DNA of 64,000 bases from Chiloscyllium plagiosum. Lineage: Eukaryota. How positions within the stretch are numbered: position 1 is the stretch's first letter; every line of letters starts with the position of its first letter. This document shows, in pieces, positions 56,386 to 64,000 of this stretch. A program made the translations under genes and the position numbers. The stretch lies in NCBI RefSeq assembly GCF_004010195.1, contig NC_057719.1, forward strand, positions 24,281,465-24,345,464, given 5' to 3'. The notes below the pieces were generated by a model, which was given only the letters and a program-made list of their open reading frames with translations, did not search any database and was not told the DNA's origin.

Positions 56386-57315
56386 AAAAATATTTTGAGC
56401 AAGTGAGAGGTGAAAGAGGAAGAAAGGATGATCAATGATAGGGTAGAAGATTGGAGCAATTGAAAAACAGAGTAGTTAACCTTTGAGGGTCAAAGGGAAT
56501 GTGAGGAAGAAAGAAATGAAGAAGAGATGAAAAACTAAATCATGCAAAGAAAGGGACTGAAAATTAGAGGTCAGCATTTATGGTAAGAGTGTAAAAGCAC
56601 GTGGGATCCAGGATAAGTTGGCAAGATCGATCCAAAATTCCTTAGTGGTGGAAGGGTGATTGGAGGCAAGTGATTAATGGCATACCACAGAGGTCAGTTC
56701 TGGGTCCCATACGTACACACATAATATTTATATAAATGATATAGATGAGAATGTATAGGGGGATGATAAGTAAGTTTGCGGATAACACAAAGATTGGCCA
56801 GATAGTGAGGAGGAAGGTCTTAGGTAACAGGAAGATATAGACAGGATGGTCAAATCAACAAATCAGTGGCATTTAGAATTTAGCCCTGAAATCTGGAAGA
56901 ATTAACAAGTATTCAATGAATGGCAGGACACTAGTAAGCTCAGAGGAAGAGGAATCTTGTCTATTTATCCACAGATCCCTGAAGGTAGCAGGGCAGATTA
57001 ACAGGTGGTGAAGGAGGCATATGAGATACTTGCCGTTATCAATTGTGGCACAGATTCTAAGAGCAGTGAGATTATATTGGAGCTGCACAAAATATTGTTC
57101 AGAGCACAATGGGAGTATTGTGTACAGTTCTGGGAAGCCACACTATAGAAAAGATGTAATTGCACTGGAGGGGATACAGTGGAGATTCACCAGGATGTTC
57201 CCTGGGATGGAGCAGTTTACCTGTGAAGAGAGGCTGGAAATACCCAGTTACATTCTTTATAGCAAAGAAGGCTGGGAAGAGAGACCTGATCGAGATGTAT
57301 ATGTTTATGATTTTA

Positions 57316-60012
57316 GTTAAAAATTACACAACGTCAGGTTATAGTCCAGCAGGTTTATTTGGAAGCACTAGCTTTTGGAGTGCTGCTCCTTCATCAGCAT
57401 AAAACCGTTAAGACACAGAACTTATAGCAAAAGTTTACAGTGTGATGCAATAAAATTATATATTGAAAAAGATCTGGATTGTTTGTTAAGTCTGTCATCT
57501 TTTAGAATGACCATGTTAATTTCAGTTCTTTCATATGTATATCCCAGAACCTTTTTTAAAGTTACATTCTCAAGTGAACTTTAACAATAGGGCCATGTCA
57601 GCTCAGATAATGCATTTGAGGTGTGAGGTGCCCTGTGTGAGGCTGTCTGTGCTCCAATGTTCAGACTGATTCTATTTCTAAAAAAAGGATTTACATAATC
57701 TTACATGGATTCATGCAGTTTTTGAGCAAAATAAGATGCAATTCTGCAAGTACAAATTCACCCCACAAACTTACATGTATGCGTGTGTGTGGTTGGGGGG
57801 GCAGGGGGAGTGATGACTGTCTGTGAGAGAATGTGTGTATGTGTATGTGTCTGAGTGTAAAGGGGTATAGATCTGTGAGAGGGTATGTGTGTGGGTGTGA
57901 GTGTAACTATATATGTGTGAACGTATTAGAGAGAGCTTGTGTATGAGAGAGGGTCTGTGTGCGCGTATGGGTCTGTAGGGGTGTGTGTGTGTGTCGGTGT
58001 GTGTGTTCTGCAATGGGGTCACCTGTAGTGTGACATGAACCCAAGGTCCCGGTTAAGTGTAGCATCGTGACGTTATCCATGGGTTTGCGGTAAAGTGATG
58101 TGCTGAGGTGCCCATCCTTTAGGGAGATGCAAGTGTCCAAGAATGGCTCCATCAGGCATTACTGAAACAACTACACAGTGATATCAACGAGTTTCATCCC
58201 ACTATCTAACTCACCACAAACTACTCTCTAGTATCTGTCTCATTCTAGGACACATGCATCTCCATCAAAGGTGAACACCTCAGCATCTCGCTCTACCACA
58301 AACCCATGAATAATTTCACAATGTTACACTTCTCCAGCTTTCACCCGAAATATATTAAAACAGCCACCCACGACGGACAAGCCCTACACATACATAGGAT
58401 CTGTTCAGATGAGTAGGAATGTGGTGGACACTTGGAAGTACACAAAGATGCCCTCATAAGAAAGGGGTACAATGGCTCAACATATCGACTGCCAGTTCCA
58501 TTGTGTCACAGCGAGAAACTGTAATGACCTCCTCAGGAGATAGACACAAGCTGCAATCAACAGGGTACCCTTCATTGTCCAGTACGTTCCAGGAGCTGAA
58601 AAACTATACCATGTTCTTTGAAGCCCACAACGCATTATCAATGAGGATGAGCATCTCGCCAAGACCTTCCCCACACCTCCATTTCTCGCGTTTAAACAAG
58701 CACCAAACCTCAAACAGATCATTGTTCGCTGCAAACTGCCCAGCCTTCAGGACAAGACCACACAACCTGTCACAGCAGATGCTGCAAGATGTGTCAGAGT
58801 GTCGACACTGATACAACCATTGCACGTGAGGACACCACCCAACATGTACACCACCCAACATGTACATGGCAGGTACTCATGTGACTTAGCCAATGTTGTC
58901 TATCTAAAATGTTGCAGGCAAGGATGCCCTGAGGCACGGTACATTGGCAAAATGGAACAGAGGCCTTAGCAAAGATGAATGTTCACCGCACAACAATCAA
59001 CAGGCAGAAGTGTTCCCTTCCAGTTGGAGAACACAAACTCGGACCTTTGGGTGACCATCCTCCAAGGCGATCTTAGGGGTAGGCAACAACACAGAGCGGC
59101 CGAGCAGAGGCTGATAGCCAAGTTACACACACACACGCACACACACACTCTCTCCTACTGACCCATACACTCATGCAGACCCTCTCTCATACACAAGCTC
59201 TCTCTCATACACTCATACATACACTCCCACACTCACACCACACATGCACCCTCTCAAAAACTTTTCCCCTTTACACTCACACTCATACACATACACGCAC
59301 TCTCTCACAGACACTCATAGCCCCCCCCCTCCCCGACACACACATACACATGCACACACATACATATAAGTGTGGGGTGAATTTGTACTCGCAGAATTAC
59401 ATCTTATTTTGCTCAAAAGCTGCATGAATCGATGTAAGATTATGTAAATCCCCTTTTTTAGAAATAGAATCAGTCTGAACATTGGAGCGCAGACAGCCTC
59501 ACACAGGGCACCTCACACCTTGAATGCATTATCTGAGCTGACATGGCACCTGTTGTTAAAGTTCACTTGAGAATGTAACTTCAAAAAAAGGTACTGAGAT
59601 TTGCATATGAAAGAACTGAAACCATCGATGTAAGATTATGTAAATCCCCTTTTTTAGAAATAGAATCAGTCTGAACATTGGAGTGCAGACAGCCTCACAC
59701 AGGGCACCTCACACCTTGAATGTATTATCTGAGCTGACATGGCACCTGTTGGTAAAGTTCACTTGAGAATGTAACTTCAAAAAAAGGTACTGAGATTTGC
59801 ATATGAAAGAACTGAAACCAGCACGGTTATTCTAAAAGATGAGAGACTTAACAAACAATCCAGATCTTTTTTAACATATAATTTCAGTTACATCACACTG
59901 TAAACTTCCAAAAGCTAGTGCTTCCAAATAAACTTGTTGGACTATAACCTGGTGTTGTGTGATTTTTAACTTTGTACACCCCAGTCCAACACCAGCACTT
60001 CCAAATCATGAC
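57316..60012 (+). mobile_element. PLE family B, 5'-truncated, with a ~730-bp inverted copy of its 3' end at the left
   Basis: FLDTCISLKDGHLSTSLYRKP RT C-terminal motif; GIY-YIG-like DNA at about 58880-59120 (AATGTTGTCTATCTA..TACATTGGC; AAEQRLIAK); about 57316-58050 is inverted against the 3' region out to about 59975. Confidence 0.88.
59428..59819 (+). repeat. Tandem duplication, 2 x 196 bp
   Basis: ATCGATGTAAGATTATG starts at 59428 and 59624; about three substitutions seen by eye. Confidence 0.9.
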
Positions 60013-61994
60013 GCTTATGATTGGGATTGATAACTTGGAGAGGAAGAGCTGTTCTGTTTAGTTGAAGGGTCAATAACGAAGGAGCACAATTTTAAGGTGA
60101 AGGGCAGGAGGTTTAGATGGAATTTGAGGAAAACATTTTCACCCAGAGGGTGATGGGACTGTGGAATGCACTACCTGGGAAGGTAATAGAGGCGGAAAAC
60201 CTCGCAACATTTCAAGGTGCAAGAAAGAGCACTTGAAATGTCATAACATTCAAGTTTATGAGCGAAGTTTTGGAAAGTGGGATTAGTGTAGATACTTAGT
60301 ATTTTAAACATTATTTAAAGGGATCTTCAACTGCTTATAGTTTGTTAGTTTTCCAATCATAAAAGATGTGAAACTGCTACTATCAGTTGTTAACTGTTCA
60401 GAGCTTGACATTTCAGTTTTTTCTTGATAGAGGTTCTTCTAAAAGATAAACGATAAAGAGTAGTGGGAAATTGAGAACATTGCAAATCCTCGTTCTCTCA
60501 GTAGAAATGATAAACATTGAATGATAACCACGTTTATCATGATTTTAAATGGCAGTGTAAAAATGATATTTTAATGGTTTGGACATCAATTAAACAATTG
60601 TCCTTGATAGAAATGAAAATTAGAAGGAGTTTAATAGATGGCCAAGCTATTAATTTGTGGTATTTATAATTCAAAATCACCTACCATTGTAAAATGTTTC
60701 TAGAGAAAAAAATAAATAAATCACAACCATTAACAACTCCATTCTCAGGAAATTCCATTTTGTTGAGGATGACCATAACGAAACATAAACAGAAGTCAAA
60801 GCTCCAAGTAATTGTAATGTCAAATCACAACCAGTTATGAGAGTGTCACTATTCTGGAACCTGATAATGACAAGCCGTAACTGAATATTGGTATTACTTC
60901 CCATGATAGATTAAAGTCTTTGTTTAGAGTGTAACTACCAATCTGAGACTAGTTGCTGTAGTGATGAATCCCAACCTTGCAGTACCCACTTTACACCACC
61001 CAGATAGGTCTGCACATTTCTGAGACAGTGGATAGTAACATTTGATCTCACCGGAGTAGCAAGTTTGCTTACATTTTAAACTTGGTTTAAAGATTGAATT
61101 TGTATTTAGGTCAGCTAATTTTGTCCCATATGCTTTACCAGAGCCTCCTACAGAGAATCTCACATGTCTTCTCTCTGGAGTCAGATCAGAAACTGACAAT
61201 GTTGACATTCCCTCAATTTTGCATCCCTGCCAGAAGGAAACCTTGGCATGAATGCAAAGATGGCACCCTTCATCTTCTGAATCTAGTGTTTTGTACACAG
61301 TTCTTAGCCAATGTTTCCCCTGGTAATATTCAGAGGTGTTTTTTGAATTCATGTCTCCTCTTGGAAAGCAATCAATAATTCGCAAAATACCGAAGCCATG
61401 AAGCATGTAGTGTAGTCTGTGCTCTAAATTTAGAATCCCATTGCTCAGCCTAGAAGCAACCAGGCACTTAACAGATAAATATATTGCATCAGATAAAGCC
61501 TGTGGCCAAAAACCTTTAACATAAAATTGATATAAATTTATGCAGGCTTCCTAAACTCCTGTACGTTGCATTTAACATCTTGCTGAGTACCACACATCTT
61601 ATCAAGGAATGTAATAGAGACTTTCTCAATTAATCTTTGCTCTTAAATTAAAGTAATTAACATAATCATGACCATCAATTGAAACTCAAAGTGGAGTATG
61701 ATGTAAGTGAAATGATGGAAGTCTCATCAAATGAAAATTTTATCCTATAGAAAGATAATTTCTTTTATACAGTAAACTGTCAGAATTGTAATTCTTATTG
61801 TAAATATGCAAGAACAATAACAATTTAGTGTAGTAAATTGTCTTAGGGGTCTCATTACTGGAGGGTAATCAGACAGAGTTTGACACAAGAACTAAGCAAG
61901 ACGATATTAGGGCAAGTGATTAAAACCTTGGACAAAGAATTTTAATGAGGATATTAAAGGAGGGGAGAAAACTAGGGAAGCAGAATGAAGAAAA

Positions 61995-62415
61995 TAAAGA
62001 CTTGTATTTATATAGCATTCACACAACCTTATGATGTCCCAAAGCACGTTCCAATCAATGAAGCACTTTTGAAGTCTAGACAGTGTTGTAAGGTAGGAAA
62101 TTCAGCAGCTAAATTGCACAGCAGGCTCCTATAAATAGCTATGTAATAATGACCAATTAAACTGTTTTTCTGATGTTAATTTCATGCTAAATATTGACCA
62201 GATACTCTGGATAAATTTACTGGAACAATATCATGAAATGCTTTATGTCCACCTGATGTGGCAGACAACATCAGAAATATGGCACCTCTGACAAAGCAAT
62301 ATTCCCTCAGTACTGTACAGGAGAAGCAAACCTCCATGTTTGTATTCAATTTTCTGGAGTAGACTTAAGCCCATAACCTTCTAACTCAGAGCATGAGAAA
62401 ACTACCAATTTATGC
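61995..62415 (-). mobile_element. Ancient Deu-domain SINE (SacSINE1-like)
   Basis: Minus strand has a tRNA-like head (CTCTGAGTTAGAAGGTTATGGGCTTAAGTC), then CAGTACTGAGGGAATATTGCTTTGTCAGAGGTGCC...CAGGTGGACATAAAG, and a GCTATATAAATACAAGTCTTT tail; recognised from memory. Confidence 0.65.
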
Positions 62416-62959
62416 ATGTCTGAAACATTTACCAGAGAAGGAATTCTAAAGCTTAAAGCCAATGAAGCAGAAGGCATGGTCTCCTGAGAAATATTGAAGA
62501 TCAAAGATACATAAAAGGTCATATTTTCAAGATGGCTCAGATTTCAGAGGATGTAAAGCTGGAGGAGGTTACAGATGGGATGGGTCCATGGACAGATTTG
62601 AAAACAAGCAGGTGATCTTTAAAATTAACATGTTGACAGACTGGGTGCTAATTTAGCTGAGTAGAGTTGGTAAATAAGACATGATATGAGTTAAAATATG
62701 TGCAGCAAAGTTTTGATGGAGAGCAAACGGTGAGAGCTGCTCAAGAAAACACTTAATAGTCAAGTCTAGAGGTAACTAAGGCATGACTGAGTATTTCAAC
62801 CATTGAATAGTTGATGCAATAACAACAATATATGATACCTTTAAATGTAATTAAATGTCCTAAGGAGCTTCATAAGAGCATTATAAATTGAAACATGACA
62901 TGGAGTCATGAAGAGAAATTAGGTCACATGACTAACTGTTTGGTCAAAGAGTTTTTAAA

Positions 62960-64000
62960 GACTTTTGTTTGTCATCTATACAAATGATTTGGATGAGGAT
63001 ATTACAAGGCATGGTTAGTAAGTTTGCGAATGACACCAAAATTGGTATCAGTGAAGAAGGTTTTCTAACATTACAAAGGGATCATATCAAATAGGTCAAT
63101 GGGTTGAAAAATGGCACATGGTGTTCAATCTGGATATATGCGTGGTATTGTATTTTGGTATAAGAAACAGAGGTAGGACTTATACAATTAATGGTAGGGC
63201 CTTGGGTGGTGTTAGGCAAAAGTGAGGACTGCAGGTGCTGGAGATCAGAGTCTAGATTAGAGTAGTGCTGGAAAACCACAGCTGGTCAGGCAGCATCCGA
63301 GGAGCTGGAAAATTAATGTTTCGGGCAAAAGCCCTTCAGCAGGAATGAATGGTGGTGTTGTAGAAGAGGGGCCTAGAGATGCAGGTACATAATTCTTTGA
63401 AGTTTGCATCACATATAGACAGGGTCATTAAAAAGGTGTGTAGCATGCTTGTCTTCATTGCTCAGTCCTTTGGGTATATGAGTTGGTAAGTCATGTTACA
63501 GCTGTACAGGATATCGGTGAGGCCTCTTCTGGAGTACTGTGTCCTGTTATAGTTGCCCAGTTATAGAAAGGATATTATTAAACTGGAGAGGGTTCAGAAG
63601 GGATTTACTAGGACGTTGTCAGATATCGAAGGTTTGAGTTATAAAGAAAGGCTGGATAGATTGGGACTTTATTCACTGGAGCGTAGGAGATTGAGAGGTA
63701 ACCTTATAAAAGCTTATAAAATCATGAATGGTATAGACAGGGTTAATGGTAGCTGTCTTTTCCTTAGGCGGGGAGATTTCAAAACTAGGGGAGCACATTT
63801 TTAAGGTGAGAGGAGAGGGATTCAAAAAAGACATAAGGGGTAATTTTTTTACATACAGGGTGGTTCACGTTTGGAATGAACTTCCTGAGGAAGTGGTAGA
63901 TGTGGGCACAGTTACAATGTTTAGTTGTAAATAAATGAATAGGAAAGGTTTGGAGGGATATGGGTCAGCAGCAGACAGGTGGGTCTAGTTTAGTTTGGGA
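62960..64000 (+). mobile_element. CR1 LINE 3' portion with a PLE family A pLTR insertion at about 63214-63350
   Basis: KFANDTKIG-like DNA, YRKDIIKLERVQKGFTR, RRLRGNLIKAYKI; insertion flanked by GGTGGTGTT direct repeats. Confidence 0.88.

Larger units (their letters stand above)
56575..60300 (+). mobile_element. Old CR1 LINE split by a PLE (CR1 parts about 56575-57312 and 60013-60300)
   Basis: HYRKDVIALEGIQWRFTRMFPGME before the insertion; CR1 3' end continues after it; TTATGATT on both sides. Confidence 0.75.

Noticed and set aside
60924..61406. 160-aa minus-strand ORF in non-repetitive-looking DNA
   Set aside because: No recognisable domain, no convincing splice partners, composition not protein-like; probably chance, though a BLAST would be cheap
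63305..63346. Further hammerhead copies (also about 28343-28377, 37149-37200, 56165-56200, 57366-57400)
   Set aside because: Catalytic core or stems are mutated (for example CUGCUGA, or AAAA for GAAA); counted as decayed pLTR remnants, not ribozymes
54300..64000. Exons of a neighbouring gene upstream of the CCDC197-like gene
   Set aside because: I found no recognisable coding exons on either strand; non-coding exons cannot be excluded

Overview
Eukaryotic, repeat-rich DNA, most likely from a shark (HE1-type SINEs, CR1 LINEs and a SacSINE1-like Deu-SINE; species not determinable). One protein-coding gene can be rebuilt by hand on the minus strand. It has 9 coding exons (53599 to 5319, 1173 nt, 390 aa), all splice phases agree, and it encodes a DUF4200/CCDC42-CFAP73-family coiled-coil protein most like CCDC197. 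It has one GC-AG intron and two RFX X-box-like motifs at its 5' end. Introns and flanks hold decayed CR1 and RTE LINEs, many HE1 SINEs, a Gmr1-type Gypsy element (integrase before RT, SCAN-like gag, ACAG target duplication), solo LTRs, a Tigger/pogo-like MITE, a tRNA-Glu pseudogene and at least three Penelope-like (PLE) families. The most notable signal is that the PLE pseudo-LTRs carry minimal type I hammerhead ribozyme motifs (CUGANGA-stem II-GAAA with a palindromic stem III). Many sit in short, TSD-flanked foldback insertions, and stem I shows compensatory changes between copies. The best-preserved copies all lie on the strand of the host pre-mRNA. Repeat boundaries are approximate (read by eye); exon, TSD and ribozyme coordinates were counted base by base.
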